Assembly (NCBI GenBank): GCA_964016885.1
Contig: OZ024745.1
Location: 101,866,001 to 101,930,000 of the forward strand
DNA length: 64,000 bases
Reading direction: 5' to 3'
From: Eledone cirrhosa
Lineage: Eukaryota
Below, piece after piece: positions 35,874-51,419 of the stretch. Position 1 is the stretch's first letter. Every line of letters starts with the position of its first letter. A model generated the notes under the pieces. It ran no database searches. It saw nothing but the letters and a program-made list of their open reading frames with translations, and was not told where the DNA came from. Position numbers and translations under genes: made by a program.

Positions 35874-37641
35874 TGTTCATTCTTTTAATTTAAAACTTCC
35901 ATCATAATGTCCAAGAAATTTTAAAGTTATGTTTCAAACACCAGTATAATAATGAGAAAATGATTTATGTTACTAAATCCCTCTAAATCCCTCTAAATTT
36001 TTATTATATTAATGTCCCCATCCTCATCTTGATGTTACGTTTGCTTTTCTATGCATGGATTGAATGGGTCTTTTCCAAATTAGCCTTTCTCCACTTGTTG
36101 TGTTCCTCCATCTTTTCTGCAAGGTTCAGTGTTTTGAGGTTAACTCTTGCTAATCTTTACCCAGGTTTTCTTTGATTTTAATCTTCCTCTTGGCAATCCT
36201 CTATCCAATAATTATCACCCATACACATCTATACCAGTGTAGTCTTTTTTAGTGCACACTACATCAGATTTCTATTGTATCTCATTTTTCTCTGTGTTTC
36301 TGTTTGCATGTGTGTATTTATAACCTATGAATTAACCCTATACAGTTGATTATATTTTTCATTCTGTCTACTTTATTTCAAAAGAAATAATGAGATGTTG
36401 GTTATTAACATCAAAGGTAAAATGCTGATAGAAAGAGCAGAAAGTAGAAACAGGATTTATAAATTTCTATTTTGAAATACTGCAGATTTGTCTTCATTTA
36501 AGAAACACATGCCTATAATTATCCTTATTGATTGATTAAAAAAAAAGTTACTTGCAGAATTCAATGATGAAAATAAACTCAGTTTCTTCTTTGAATCTTC
36601 ATACCGTAGCAATTATGAGCTTTGATTTTCTGGGGGGAACAATTTGGTACTTTGCAGTTAATCATCCCAATGTATTAAGATATATTCTTTATCAGATGCT
36701 TTTCGTTTTGTGGGGTGGGGGCGTGCTCTTTTATTTTTGTTTTTTTTTAATTTGTGATAGATTTCACTGTTTTTATTAGTCTACTTATTCATTTTGTTTA
36801 AACCTGGATTTGCAGGATCGATCTATGCACTTTTTTTTTTTTTTTTTTCTGAAGTGAAATACACATCATCTCTTATAATTCAATGTGGAAAACAAATCCA
36901 ATTATTGTAGTGATAAATAATCAACCCTGCAGAATCCTTTTGTAATGTGAAAACAAATCAAGTTCACTAACATGCTCTACTTTTTCAAATTACAAAGAAA
37001 ATGTCAACTTGACTACAGTGGCTGTGTCAAATTCATGTTGCTCAACACATTAGGTTTGATATAAAATATCAGCTGATGTTAGTACAATTAGTAGAATTAG
37101 GAAGAATACATTCATCAAATGAACTGTTTCTGCCTTCATATTTTATTTAGTGTTTTTTTTTGTGGGGTGGGGATAATATATCTTTATAAGTTTTAGTGTG
37201 AGGTCACTGAAATTTAGAATTTCTTTCTACTGTTTATTAACTATAACAGTTACATAAGGTAGATTGGCAGCCACTCTCTGATCATCTTCAACTGTTTTCA
37301 GTTAGTGAACATATTTCTCCAAGAAAACACTTCTGTTCAATTGAAACTGATTTAATTTGACCATTTGTACATTTCAAGAAAAGAAAAAATCTCATATATT
37401 AGTTGCTGTTGATAAAAGTGATCTCATCAAATATATGGAGATTTGCTGTACTTGTAACTAATTGTATAATCTTCCATAATGTGCCATTATATCATGTGCA
37501 TTCAGCATTCCTCAGCATTGCATGGAGTACTGCAGCTATGATTTATTCCAAAGTTTGATACAAACTTTAAGACTTACTAAGACATAAACTGAAGTCCTTA
37601 TTATGTGTACAAGATAGATTTCCAGATAACACAAATAATTT

Positions 37642-37752
37642 AATTATTGTAACAGCAATATCTTGACATGGGTACACCAATTACTGTAACAACAATATCT
37701 TGACATGGGTACACCAATTACTGTAACAACAATATCTTGACATGGGTATACC
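37642..37752. repeat. Minisatellite, 3 x 37 bp
   Basis: AATTACTGTAACAACAATATCTTGACATGGGTACACC x3. Confidence 0.9.
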
Positions 37753-39121
37753 AATGTTAATCTTGAGTACTCAGCACCAATATTCAAAGTACACTTGGTT
37801 TTGTTTTTATCGTGATTTCACTGATTTCATAAAATTAGTAGATATTTTCAGTTGTGGACCACATATTAACCTGGGAAAGTTTTGTTGAAAAAAAAATGGA
37901 TTTTCTGAAAACTGAAACTTTACAAGAGCCATGCTTTAGAAATTCTGATATGAAAGGTAAAATTTGAGTTACACATAGTGATAAAATTGGTGGATACCAA
38001 GGTGATAATGATGTTTAGAAAGAGAAGAAAGAGAACATCTTGAAGAAGCAAACAAATTATGGAGAAAGTTCAGAGTATAGGTAGAGTGTCATTATATTTA
38101 ATTTCTACACCTTTATGAAGAGATATAAAACTCTGTCCCAGCAATAAAGGTACACAAATATTATCCCTTGTTGAACATTTGATATTATAATTATTGTTAA
38201 GATTAACATCACAAACAGTAAAATGTCAACTTACTTTCTTGTTTGTGAAAAAATGCCATAGCAATTATATAAAATGACAAACATTTAATAGGCTGTTTCA
38301 TATTATGACAAAAGAATAATGATAAAAGAAGTGCAAATAAAGGTTTCTGTACTTCCTGAATCAATTAAAATGTCAACACCTATAATTTAATAAATTACTT
38401 CTGAATAGAATCTGAAACTGCTGCAAGTGTAAAACTTATTATTATATCGGCATACCTTTATATTAGTGGCCCTTTTATGTTCCACATGAATGACAAAGAT
38501 CTCTTAGCAAAGCAAATCTGTTGTTTATATATCTTATGCTCCCACTCTCCAAAGATAACATATTTATAATCCTTTCTAATAGCAGCCATATGAAGAGAAT
38601 CATTAGCATTGCACTGTTTGTGTTGTAAAGTCTCTGACATCACATTAGCAGATTATGTTGTTGATAGTAAATTATAGTGATTAGCATTCATCTAACTTGA
38701 ATTCACTATTTAAAGTAGCTGTTAACAGACTTTACAGTGTTCTTTTGTAATAAAGGCATCCATATGTTGTTGTTGTTTTTCAAAATATTCAATGGTAGAT
38801 ATAACTTTAAAACAAAGGTCTACATTTAAAAGTCACAAAACACGAATAAAATTTGTGATGGGTTTGATGCTTATTGCTTAAAAGTTGAAAATAATTTACA
38901 GCCAAAAAGTATATTTTGGGGATTCAATGTGGTGAAATTTCAGTTTATTAATGTAATCAATAAATGTATTACATACTGTAATATTTTGATAGATATTTGT
39001 AGAAATATAGTTTATTGATAAGAAATTCTTACTTTCCTCTTTTGTTGTGACTTTACTTTAAAAACTGTTTATATACAATACCAATGTTGGAACTTGCAAA
39101 TCAGATGGAGTAATATCAAAT

Positions 39122-39215
39122 AATAATTGTTTCTACTTTTGGCACAAGGCCAGTACATTATTGGTACTTTATTTTATCAACCCCGTAAGGATGAAAGGCA
39201 AAGTTAACCTCGGCA
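39122..39215 (-). mobile_element. 3' part of Meta-like SINE
   Basis: Matches the tail of 3437-3617. Confidence 0.7.
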
Positions 39216-40529
39216 AAAATTTGTCTATTATTTTATTCTTGTAGTCAGATTGTTTGCTTCAGTTCAGTTATATTTCTTTATACTTGTTGCTATACTTTTC
39301 TACATGATATGCTGTCTGTTGGCAATGTGGAAATGAAGCAGAATGACTCCCATGGTAATGCTATATCTTCTTGTTCTATATTGTTTGTCTTTAAGAATGT
39401 TTTCCATTCCTGAGTACCAGTAGTTACAACAACGGTAGCTATAATAGTAGCAATAACAGTTGTAACAGTTATAGTATTAACAATAGTAAAGCCATCTCTT
39501 ATGAATCTATCAGAAAGTCAAAAGAATCACTGAATAAATTGTGGTGTAGACAAGAAATGCTTCCATGAATTTCATTCAGTGATTCAAGTCTGTTGCCATT
39601 CCTCTTGTTTGGTTAATGGACCGATGTCGACACACGCTGGTTGGTATTATGTTTAAAATATTACATACATATACATAACAAATTTATATTTCACAGCAGA
39701 ATGTTATTATTTTCCCTATAAAATTATTGTATGAATGTGAAATACAATTTGCTGATGAGTTGGAGAATATTCGAAGGTTATTGAAATTATATCATCATGT
39801 GATGAAAATGAAATACTTGCTGAGTGAAAACACCTGTTAACTAGTGGTCAGCTAATGCAGATATGATATATAGTATTTAGGGATGATAGACAACAGACCC
39901 CAAATTTATCCAAGTAATGTCAATACTAAGAGATAAAAATGAACTCTGTTCTTATGTTTACAAAAATGATGAAGTAGTTTGTATTATAATGAATTACTAT
40001 GTTGATATAAATTTCATTTTATAATGTATATATTTACTACAATACATTGATAGTTGCTGAACTGTTATACGATTTGAAAATATCACTTCATTTTTCTTTA
40101 ATTACTAAGTTTTCTTCGTTATAACTTTATTTTAGAAAACGATAAGTAGAATTGGAAAATTGAATTAGAAGTTTTGTATTTTTAACTAAATAAAATAGTC
40201 TAATAATGGTTTTTGATATAGGCACAAGGCCAGCAATTTGAGGAAGGGGAAAGTCAATTAAATCGACCTCAGTGCATGACTGGTATTTTATTTTATCGTC
40301 CCTGTAAAATAGTCTAATAATGGGACATATAAGCCAACTGTAAGGAAAAAGATGGATATAGTCTAAAATATGGTGAAATCTTCTAATTCAATTATTTTCA
40401 ACAATAAGTGTCAACAACTTGGTCCAAGTAATGATTTATTTGTGTTCCCTTTTCTGAAAGTTATATTGAAAGTATTGATTACTGTAGCATTTTTGTTTAA
40501 ATTTCATTTTGAAAATATTGCTGATCAAC

Positions 40530-40729
40530 CCATTACTCTATATTTACTATTGTATTTTCACAGTTAAAGCTTTACCTCACATAATTATCACACATAATAT
40601 CGAATCTATGGGATATTATTTATTTTGAGAACAATACCTTAACATCAGTATGAGTGGCCAGTTACAGCCGGTTTGAACAGAAAGAAGAGAGAATTCTGGC
40701 CGGATATGGCTGTTTTAAATGATAAAGGG
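40530..40729. mobile_element. piggyBac-type MITE (family A), left end damaged
   Basis: Internal homology to 23470-23686; AAAGGG|TTAA right end. Confidence 0.7.
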
Positions 40730-41309
40730 TTAAATTCTTGATTATTTTCAAACTTATTTAAAAATCATAACTGGTGTCTTCCTTAGAAAGGGTTAATTTA
40801 GTAGCCTAAAACTCTTGGTGCTTAATGACTATGCAATTAAAGAAATTGATCTCTACTCTTTTTTTTCATAGATTCAACTCTGTAAATCTTTGATTTTTTA
40901 AACATGTCTGAAGGAAAAGAATGTGGTGTATTTCTTCATCATGCTCATCATGATCATCACCGCCATTCCATTATGGTATGGGTTGGATCATTAAAAAGAT
41001 GCAGCAGGCTTTCAAACTTTTCTGTTTAATATCAGTAGTGTGTACTTATTGCTCAAAAACATTGAAAACAGATTCAACGTTTGTGTAGCTGTTATTTGTT
41101 TTCATGGCTTCAGCAGATTAAACTAACCATTTTATATTGATTTCTAACATAAAACATTGATTTATCAACATCACTTGTTAGGACTCATAAATATCATTTT
41201 CATAAAATATTTTGGGCCTCTTTTTTTTTGTCTCATTTATTTATCATTCTTATTTATATACTTGCTATATGGAATTTTTAAACCAGTTCTTTACTTAAAA
41301 TGCTAAACT

Positions 41310-41845
41310 GGAGCAACCAGTCTTAAATACCATTATGATAAGTGGGCTAAGAACCGAACCCTGATGCACTCCTACCTCTACCTTGAATTCGTCACTAAAC
41401 TGAACTCCCTACTCTCACTTTACTCACAGTTCCTCTGTTCATGGCTTGCACTACTCTCACAAACCATTTTCCTACACCTACTTTCCTTAAGAACCACCAG
41501 ATGACAAACCATGGTACTCTGTCAAAGGCTTTCTCTAGATCAGATAAATCTAGATATAAAGGCTTACTCTTAGCTAAGAACTTTTCATGTATTTGTTTCA
41601 CTAAGAAGAGAGCATCTGTGATGCTCTTCTCCGGCATAAAACTGAATTGCATCTCATCTAATTTTACTCTTTTCATAATTAATTGTGCTAGAACTCTTTC
41701 TATCACTTTCAAAACTTGGTACATTAGTTTTATTCCCCTGTAGTTGCTCCTTTCTAGGACATCACCTTTTCCCTTGTAGCAATTAATGACTATGCTGCTT
41801 CACCACTCATTGGGTATGATCATGCCCTGTATTATCTGATGATTA
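41310..41845 (-). mobile_element. RTE LINE RT fragment
   Basis: ORF 41395-41724 DEMQFSFMP...DLEKAFDRVP; homologous to ~59340-59860. Confidence 0.85.
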
Positions 41846-43894
41846 TATATATATTTGTCACCGTGTGTATGAAGTTTAATATGTTTACTTTGATGTCTTG
41901 ATAAACACTGGCTTATTCTCACCACAATTACTGCTTAGTTTGCTGGTACCAGCATTACCATAAATATAATATTCCCTGTGAATGATTGCTGATAATACAA
42001 TCATCCAGCTCCTTTTATATATATATATATATCTTTGCCGCCGCTGCCTATATGGTCAAATTCTGGAAGAATATTGCAAACCCATCCAATCCTTTGAAAC
42101 GCAAATAAATGAATGTAAAAATAATGAGGTTTATTACATCTTCTTTCTCCCTTTATTTGTGTTTCAACTAATATCGACCTCCTCTGAGTGAAATTTTAGG
42201 GCAATGAATCCAAAGACTAAATGGTAGTGTTAAACCAGCCAATGCTTCTGTGTAATATAGAAATATTACACAGGATTTTCATAAAGGAGAAAATAAATGT
42301 AACAAATGATTGCATGCTTATATAAAACAGATTGTTTTTATCTAAAGAGAATATGACTGAAGCCATTTTCAGCTCTCTTAAAATGGAATATCAGAATAAA
42401 TAGGTAACTTTACTGTTTAATGCTTTGTCAGTTAACTGATGGAAAGAAAACACGAGCATATAGTGGGATCTAGAGGAAATTATTTCTAGAAATGGATGAT
42501 TAGATGTTGTATTCTTTGCAAAGTTTATGAAGTAAAATACACCAATGAGAGAAGTATGTGAAGAACAGATGTTGTAGTTCAGGATACTTGGAGTGGAGTG
42601 GAGTGGAGTGGAGTGAGAATAGAAATCAGTGGTGGTTCTGTGATTAAGGAACACTAGTATGTTTTGACTACTTATGAAGCACAGAGCCATTCTTTTCTTT
42701 TATGTCAAAAATGCTTGTGTGTGTTTTTGTGGATTCATGGCTGAATAGTTAAGAAATTTTCTTTGCAGTCATGAGGTCTTAGTTTCTTTCCCACTTCGTG
42801 GTACCTTGAGCAAGTGTCTTTACCAAAGTCTCAGCTCAGCCCAAGCCTTGGGAAAGAAATTGGGTAGACCTGCACTATGTGGAAGCCTGTGAGATAGATT
42901 TACATGTAATTTTAATGTCCAGCCTTGTCACCTAATGTCATGCTAGTTCAGCTTCAGAATGACATTAATCATCATCATTTAGCATCCATTTTTCCATGCT
43001 TGCATGGGTTGTCTGGAATATTCAGTCACTTACTCATCAATTTAATGAGTTGAACACCCAGTTGATTAAACATTGAATGTTCATTATCGACATCATCAGA
43101 GGTCCCATTATCACGCTACACCACAAATATGGCCAAGTGGTTATGAAATTTGATTCACAATCATGAGGGCCTTGGTTTGAACCCACTGTGTAACATCTTG
43201 AGCAGCTGTCTTTTACCATACTATATATAGTTCTGAGTTAACTTAAGATTTGCAAGTGATGTTATATAGATGGAATTTTTGTAAAGAACACCAGATGGAG
43301 TGTACTTGCAATTAAAAGATTCAGCTTTGTCACATATTGTGTCATGCTGATTCAGCCTATTATGTTCAGGGTTCCCATGTCTGTAGAATACTCAATCACA
43401 TTATAATTTACTGAGCAGGTAATTCAGTTCAAACAACTAAACATTCATTTTCAAAACTAATAGATTATCTACCTTAATTAATGCTCTATACCAGATTTCA
43501 AAATAGTTGGGAAGTTTTAAAACCCCACCCACCCACATCACCATTGACACAGCAGTCCTATGATCAAAAATGCTCCAGCCTTGACTATCCATGTCTCATT
43601 TTTCAAATACACTGTGTATAAGACTGTGCCATCTTTCTTTTTAAATATAGTAAGTTATTATTTTAGGATATTTAACTGCTATTTCTAACATATCGAACAA
43701 CCACATAGATACGCGATTGTGGATTCTGCTGTGGTTCATATTTATACTTTGTAAAGTCTTAATGGCTATCCAGAGCTGAAATATTTATTGACTCCAGGCT
43801 TAGTGCTGTAATCTTGGTTATGTGAAGTATAGATAGTCGTTAGGAGATTTTCAGAGAAGTGGGTTTAATCGTATACATATATAATAGTTATGTC

Positions 43895-44158
43895 CAGAGT
43901 GTAAGGTTGCACTAGTATGGACATGTAATGCATATGGATGATGATTGTTGAATGAAGAATTGCCAGGAGTTCCAAGTAGGAGGTAGTTGTGGAAGAGGAA
44001 GACCAATAAAGACTTGAGCAGAGGTGGTGAAAGCTAATCTGAAGAGATTGAACATCAAAAGAAAAGAAATACATAGAGAAATGCTATACTGGAGAGGATT
44101 CATCTAACACATGCAAGCATGGAAAAAACAGATGTAAAGGTGACAATGATGATGATGT
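43895..44158 (+). mobile_element. Degraded RTE LINE 3' end
   Basis: Similar to 32640-32930 with (ATG)n tail. Confidence 0.7.
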
Positions 44159-44598
44159 AAGCAGTTTGAGGTATATGTTTTTTGATGAAATGAGTTCAAT
44201 ATTTTATTGAACTATGTGCTTCCATCAGATATGTGCTGAATAAGGCAGAATTATCAGCTATTTATTATAAGAGACTAGAAAATATAGAGAAAATGCCTGT
44301 ATATGGAATGTTAGTGAACAGTTTGGCATAGATGTGATTATAGTTAAAGACTGATGTAGTAATTTTAACAAATATTCCCCCACATAATAAATATATCTTT
44401 ATTTTAGCATTTTTTATTTAAAATGATGAGTTTTATTTTAAATGAATTATGCAGAATCTTTTTCAAAGCTACATTTTGTAAGCTGGAATAGGAGTGATAA
44501 TTTAAACATTACTAAAATTGAGACATCATTGCATTATATCAGTTGTATATTTTTATATGAAAGGATTTGCTTTTAACATTATTTTGTAACATTTGGAT

Positions 44599-44790
44599 GG
44601 CGGTGGATTGGCAGTATCGGTAGAAGGTCGGACACCATGCTTTCCAGCATAGTTACGTCTCTTTATGGTCTGAGTGCAAATCCTGCCGAGGTTAACTTTG
44701 CCTTTCATCCTTACGGGGTCGATAAAATAAAGTACCAGTAATGCACTGTGTAATTGCTGGCCTTATGCCAAAAAAGTAGAAACAATTATT
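44599..44790 (+). mobile_element. tRNA-derived SINE (Meta-domain-like)
   Basis: Close copy of 34701-34884. Confidence 0.85.
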
Positions 44791-46196
44791 TTCTAACATT
44801 TCTCAAACTTTATCAGGAATTTTTCATTAAAATATTATGACAGACTAGATTGTATCTCTTCTTGTCTGTTTTATTTGTTTAAAATGGTAATGGTAAGTTC
44901 TATTGGAGAACTTTTCCTCATGGAATTCTCTCTTTGTGAAACTGTAGGTGGTTGTCTGTTGATATCAAACTTAAAAAAGGAAAAGAAATTGCATGAAAGA
45001 ATTACAAAAAAAGATATATTAATGTTTATTCGTTTACTTATTGTGAAGGGAAATTTTCATTTTATTTTCTGTTTTAGAAACTACAGTTTTATGAAAACAC
45101 CTGAGTGTTATGACTTCCAAGAATCTTAGAATGTGTTAAGCTAATATCACACTTCTGTTTACAATGCAACATTATTCATTGATTTTGTGAACTGATTTTA
45201 CAGTTATTTCAGCTCACATTATTTAAGGTACAACAACTTCAGACCATTCATGATCTTTCCTATGTCACATATTTTTAGTGCATCTATCAATTTACAGAAT
45301 TATCAAACTTCATATAATTTTGTGGAAATGTATGAGAAGGATAAAGTATAAGAAATATGATTTAAAATATATAAGAAACTGACAGAAATTGTCATCCAAT
45401 TAGAAAAGGTGACAATGGATTTCCAAAGTTCAACAGATCACCTAGCCATTGATGTGTGATAATATTTATGACATAGTGATATTTATGACATTTTAGAATT
45501 TTATGATGTGTTGGTATGAGTTTTAGTAGTGTAAGGATATGATGTTAATAACAGTACAAGTGATTTCCCTTATACAAGCATCACTGGTTGCTGTTTCTTA
45601 TCCATGCAACACAGTTGATAAGAATAGAAAAATAAAACCCTAAGATGATGTATAATACTATTTAAAAGTGGTTTATTTGAACCTGAACTCCTCCCATACA
45701 GCTCCAATTAGTTTCTAAAGAGAAAGCAAGCAAATAGTAAATGTCAAAATGATTGAAACTTTATGAATAGATAGATTGATTACTGTTCCATGGCTGTATC
45801 ATCCCAAACTTTGCCAACTGAGGAACAGAGGAGATCAGTATTAATAAGTTATAAAGCCTTCTCCCATCCTGCCTTACCCTGCCTAGAGATTCTCTTCAGT
45901 AACTGAGAGACGTAACAACATTCCTTACTTCGCATTGTTACCATCAACTGTGATGAGAACAATGCTAAATAGCTACACTTCTCAATGATAAATATAACAT
46001 TACAGTTCCAGACTGAAAATGCTAACCAAAATAATCATGGAGATGGTTTGATTATTATCACATATTATTGGTACCATCCTCATCATCATCGTCATGAGAA
46101 ATAATATTGCTGAAATAAAACTTAAATGAATTTATGAAAGTATGTATGCTGCAATCATTACAGCTAAAGTATATTACACATATTTCTGATCATTAA

Positions 46197-46414
46197 CCCT
46201 TTAGCTTTTAAACCGGCCATGTCAGGCAAGAATTCTCTCACCTCTTTCTGTTCAAATCAGCTATAACTGGCTGCTCATACTTATGTTAATGTATTTTTCT
46301 CAAAATAAATATCAAAATCTCTTAGATTCAATATTATGTGAGATAATTATGTGAAATAAAGTGTTTACCATGAATATGCAATAATAAATATAGAGTAATG
46401 TAAATGCTAAAGAG
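46197..46414. mobile_element. piggyBac-type MITE (family A), opposite orientation
   Basis: TTAA|CCCTTTAGC...GCTAAAGAG|TTAA. Confidence 0.75.
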
Positions 46415-46920
46415 TTAAAGAAAAGAAATATGGAAACTTTAATAACCAGGGAGTATGGCAAAATCAAAATCAAAAATAATTGGTGGTGATACTTGTAAGT
46501 ACTTCAAGAAATGTTATGGGTTTATCTTCTGATAGAAATAACTGCCAAGTCTCCCCCAAATCATATCCTATTGTTTCAAAAGGGGAGGGATACATTGGAT
46601 AATGTAGCCCAGGATACACATTGCCTGAAAACTGACAGTATAGTCAAGGCAAAAATACCTTTGATCATATATCTGCTGAATCTAGGTTGACCAAGAGACA
46701 AACTAAAAAAACAACTAACTGAACAAAGAAGAGTTACACTTATTTTAGTAAACACCAACTAATAGGTGTCGGAAATAAGATCACAAGGTGATAAAGGTAG
46801 CGTGTGAATTTAGAAGGCATTGAGTAATGCATAATATGTCTGCTATGATTGTTAGACACAGATATATGTGAAGTGAGTACATTTGGGAGACTGAGGTTGA
46901 CCAATATCCCTGACAGATAA

Positions 46921-47171
46921 CCCTTTCATAGTGATATTTCAAAAGAAATACACTGTTCTAAGTTGTAGTTAATCAAGAATGTGAAGAAATTTAGTAGAAT
47001 ATCTGTTTTAATTTATTGGTATATTAAGCCAGTGTTTGGTTCATAATTTAATAAAAAAAAGTTTGCACATAAAATTATGGTAGGCTGTTATGAATTTAAA
47101 TATGAACGTTTTGGAACAGTTAATTGTGTAACAGGACATGGGTGGTTTTAGGTGGGTTAGTATCAAAAGGG
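46921..47171. mobile_element. piggyBac-type MITE (family B)
   Basis: TAA|CCCTTTCATA...TATCAAAAGGG|TTAA. Confidence 0.65.
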
Positions 47172-50100
47172 TTAAAGAAAAGAATAAAGGCAAATCTTCA
47201 TAATCCTAGTAGCTTTCCATATGAAGTCTGTAGGGGATTTACAGATTTAGTCACCAACTTTTATGATATTTTATGAGGGCTGTTGATTGAATATCTTTCA
47301 TTCATCCATCATAAAGATGATCAGATTGTTGGAAAAGAAAGCAAGCAAATGTATGAAATCTCTTGTTGGCAAGCAAGGATCAATATCAATGCATCCAATT
47401 CCTATTTAAATTTATTCTAAAAAAAATTATATTTAATCTGAATATAAAATATGACTTGTTGGTCACAATTGGGGTGTTCTTAATAGTCTACAATAATCGA
47501 ACAGTTGACATGTCAGAAAAAAGTGGAAAACACAAAATCAGTTTCTCTTTTGCTGTTAATTTGAATATTGTCTGTAATGATCACTTCTTTTTTCTTGAAT
47601 TCAATAGTCAGGATGAACTTTAACTCTCACACTCAAATCAATTTGCTCCATTGTTTATTTTTAATTATAAAACTGCAGTAGAGTAGTCAGTTCATCCTGT
47701 GAAAGAAAACTTTTACAACCATTTATGGCATGTTATCAGCAACAGAGGTTAGTCTAAAATTGTGTTATGAACAAATCAATTTAAAAAGAATTACTAAACA
47801 TTTTGTTGCATAAGTGTTTGGTTCAAAATTTCTGTGTCCATTTTGATTTCAAAGTTTTGACAAAGGAAACATAACTGCAAATATTAAGGGGGATGTGTGA
47901 GAGTTAGGCCAAGCAAGATATGAGACAAAGTTGAGAAGAATGGCCTCATGATTCAGTTGACTAGAAATATGCCAGTACAAGCATTGCAGCACTAAAAGTA
48001 AATGTGGCAAAAGATTAGCGACTATGTGGAGAGGTTCTTTTAGTCTGCAGTGGATAAGACAATCCCTGGAATCATAATGGAATAATTGTACCCTTCTCCC
48101 TCCATAAAGACTAAACAGAGATAGTATAGAGAAGAGAAGACTTGATACCATGATAAAATGCATGCACTACATTTTATAAAGTGATAGGAGTGGTGCCACA
48201 ATAATATAACCTCTATGGTGCTGGTGCCACAGTAAAATACCTCTAACTCATGAAAGAGGAATTGAAAAATTTTAGTCAATGTGCACCTAAAATTTAAATG
48301 TTATTAGGAAAAGCAATCTACCATAATTATATATTAAATTTCACATGCAAACAAAGTCTCCCTACTTTTAGATTTTTAGATTATTCAAACACACCTTCAT
48401 ACATTTTGAATACATGACATTTTCAATTTTTGCTTAAATTGAAGTTTAGACGTGAGAGGTTGACAAGAATAATAGGCAATTAAAAATGTACGATCTGCAT
48501 GAATTTCTTTCAATTATTTTTCTTGAATTTAATGAGTTTAGAATGAAAATGGATACAAAGAATTAGTCTTTGGATTGAAATAGTCTAATTTTATTTTCAT
48601 TTCAATACATATGAGAAGAAAATACTGCAGCTTGCTTATTCTTTTAGAATATTAAATAGATTTATTTTTTACAACTCTTATTTAATTTATTTAATATTAC
48701 CATAATCATTTATAAGAGAAAACTTTTAAATGATATAAAAAGAAACCAAAGAAATGGAAAGTGTTGGTAAGTTAATGTCAAAGTTGACACTGAAGTTGAG
48801 TTATAAATATACACTTAGAATTATAGTAATTAAAGATGAATACATTTCATGCATTGAAATTCTTTATGGTAGTATCCATAATTATTTGGGTGTTTTTATC
48901 ATTTATATTAGTTAAATCTACTAATGAAGATGAGAACTTATTCCTTATAACAGCATTCCTATATTAATAATATTTTTTGCTTTCTTCATTTCTATTCAAT
49001 TCTATGCCAGAACTATTCACTTATTTTAACAACATGCTGCAGAAAAACAAGAGCTTCACATTGTCTTGTTTTTCTTTTAACTCTGAAATATTGTGATGAA
49101 TAGAGAAATCATTTTTCTATTTTACTTCCTTACTGATATTTTACTTCATTACTTCATTACTATTTTACTTCATTACTCACCAATACACTTCTCCTTGTCT
49201 TCCGCCTCTTTCAATCTTTTCTATATTTCATCTGCCTGTCACCCACCTTATAGATTGTCTCTCTGTTGACTACTGACCACTGGTCTCTGTCCTCTGTGAC
49301 ATGTTTTCCCTGTGCTGTCTTTGACAGCATTTAGCTGTTTTAATAGCTGTCCTAGTGATGAGTTTTCTCATTTTTATATGTATACAGCAGAAGTATTTGA
49401 AGGAGTTAGCCTTGCAGACCCTTGATACACTTCATATACATTATGGGGGCTGTTTTTCAATTTGTTGCCTTTCCTGGCACCAACCATTTGAGTCACCTCA
49501 TACAGCATTCAGGGATATGGTGTGCCTATTCTTAAGTGAATACACACAGCAGGAATAAAATATAAACAAAACAGATTGTCTTTGCCGAGTTTGAACTCAT
49601 CCTCTGTAGAGAAACAAAACTAAACACTGGTATTTTATTGTACCATTTCTGCCAACTTACCATTTCAGTTAACATTACATATATTAAACCAAATCTTATC
49701 ATATAGACAACTTTGACTAAACACAAAAACAAAACAGAAACAAAAAAACAAAAACAATATCAAATGGATATGAAAACTCTAATAAATTCCTTAAAGGAAG
49801 ATGCCAACTATTTATGAAGAACTAATCAATACATTATATTGTACACTTTGTTATTCCCTATATTTAAAAATACCTTTCTCTCTGCTTATTTGCTAACTTA
49901 TTTTCTTCAGTTTTTCCCCCAAGAAAATTATTGAAGAATTTTATATGCAGGTTTTGCTTCTTTTCTGTTTAACAATACACAGTACCACTTCAGGGAAATA
50001 TCTTCCATTTGACAAGATAGGTTATCTGATAATTGACTATACATTTCCCAGAAATTCTTTAAACAATATTCATAGCTACCACATAAACATAATAATCTAA

Positions 50101-50365
50101 TCTATATAAAATGCATTCCTTTCGATCTCCCTATAAATATTTTTATGAGCTATTATTTACTACTATATGTCATAGCTGCCGATGATAGGTTTAAAAACAC
50201 CAAACCAGTGTTTTCAACTGAATTATATGAAACACTTGTGAGAGTTCTAAACACTACTCAGTAAGCTTTTCATACATAATGATAGTAATAAATTTACTTA
50301 GATTATTTGATAAGTTTAGTTAATAGAAAGCACTGTTATATATCTATTTTAACATGTATCTTTAA

Positions 50366-50589
50366 CCCTTTAGCATTCAACCAGACATATCTGGCCAGGA
50401 TTCTCTCACCTCTTTCAGTTCAAACTGGCAGTAACTGGCCACTCATACTGATGTTATGGTTTTGTTCTCAAAATAAATAACATCAAAATCTCATAGATTT
50501 CATATTATGTCAGATAATTATGTAATATAAAGTCTTTACCACAAAAGTACAATAGTATATATATATAGAGTAGTGTAAATGCTAAAGGG
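50366..50589. mobile_element. piggyBac-type MITE (family A)
   Basis: TTAA|CCCTTTAGCATT...AATGCTAAAGGG|TTAA. Confidence 0.8.
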
Positions 50590-51359
50590 TTAAATGTCTA
50601 TTTTTTTTAAATGGATACTACTTTTAAGTTTATATGATTGTTCTACTTGAAGAATAGAATAAACTTTATTCTAGATTTTTTAAAAAGTTATATTAAAAAT
50701 ATACAACTAATCATATTTCTAACCATATATACAACTAATCAAACCCCTTTCTGACCATATTTCTAATGAAAGACACTGCTTATGATTTCCAAATAATATT
50801 GAAAATAACCAAGAATTTGAGTGATTTAGTAATATAACTTTCTCATTATTTAGCTAGAGTCTGAAACATAAATCAAAGCTGATGTTATTTGTTTTGAGAA
50901 CAATACCTAAATATCAGTATGAGTGGCAGGTTATGGCCAGTTCAAACAGAACAAGGTAAAATAATTATTGTCAGATACGGCTGGTTTAAATGCTAAAGGG
51001 TTAAAGTAATACCAACATTTGAAAGAACTGATCCCATTCTATGCAACTTTGTTTCTCTGAATGTATTGATCACAGTTCTTACTAATATGTAGTGACAACT
51101 AGTTGTATTATTAGAAAGACATTCAGCTTATTGCATCTTATTAAAAGAGAGTGTCCTTAACAGAATGGTGTACACTTTGGAATTTGATTAGTATTGACAG
51201 TCTTAAAGAAATTACAGGTTTTCTCTTAAGAGGTGTCAAAGCATAGTTGGCCATTTTAGTTAATTATAGTACTTAGGATGCTTACCAACACATGATACCA
51301 TAAACAGCCAGCAAGGAGAATAAATTGCTCTTTGGTTGGCTGATTATATGCTATGAAGC

Positions 51360-51361
<2 letters not shown>

Positions 51362-51415
<54 letters not shown>
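51362..51415. repeat. (GT)n microsatellite
   Basis: Direct reading. Confidence 0.95.

Positions 51416-51419
<4 letters not shown>

Noticed and set aside
37642-37752. 37-bp repeats of CRISPR-like length
   Set aside because: Directly tandem with no spacers; eukaryotic minisatellite
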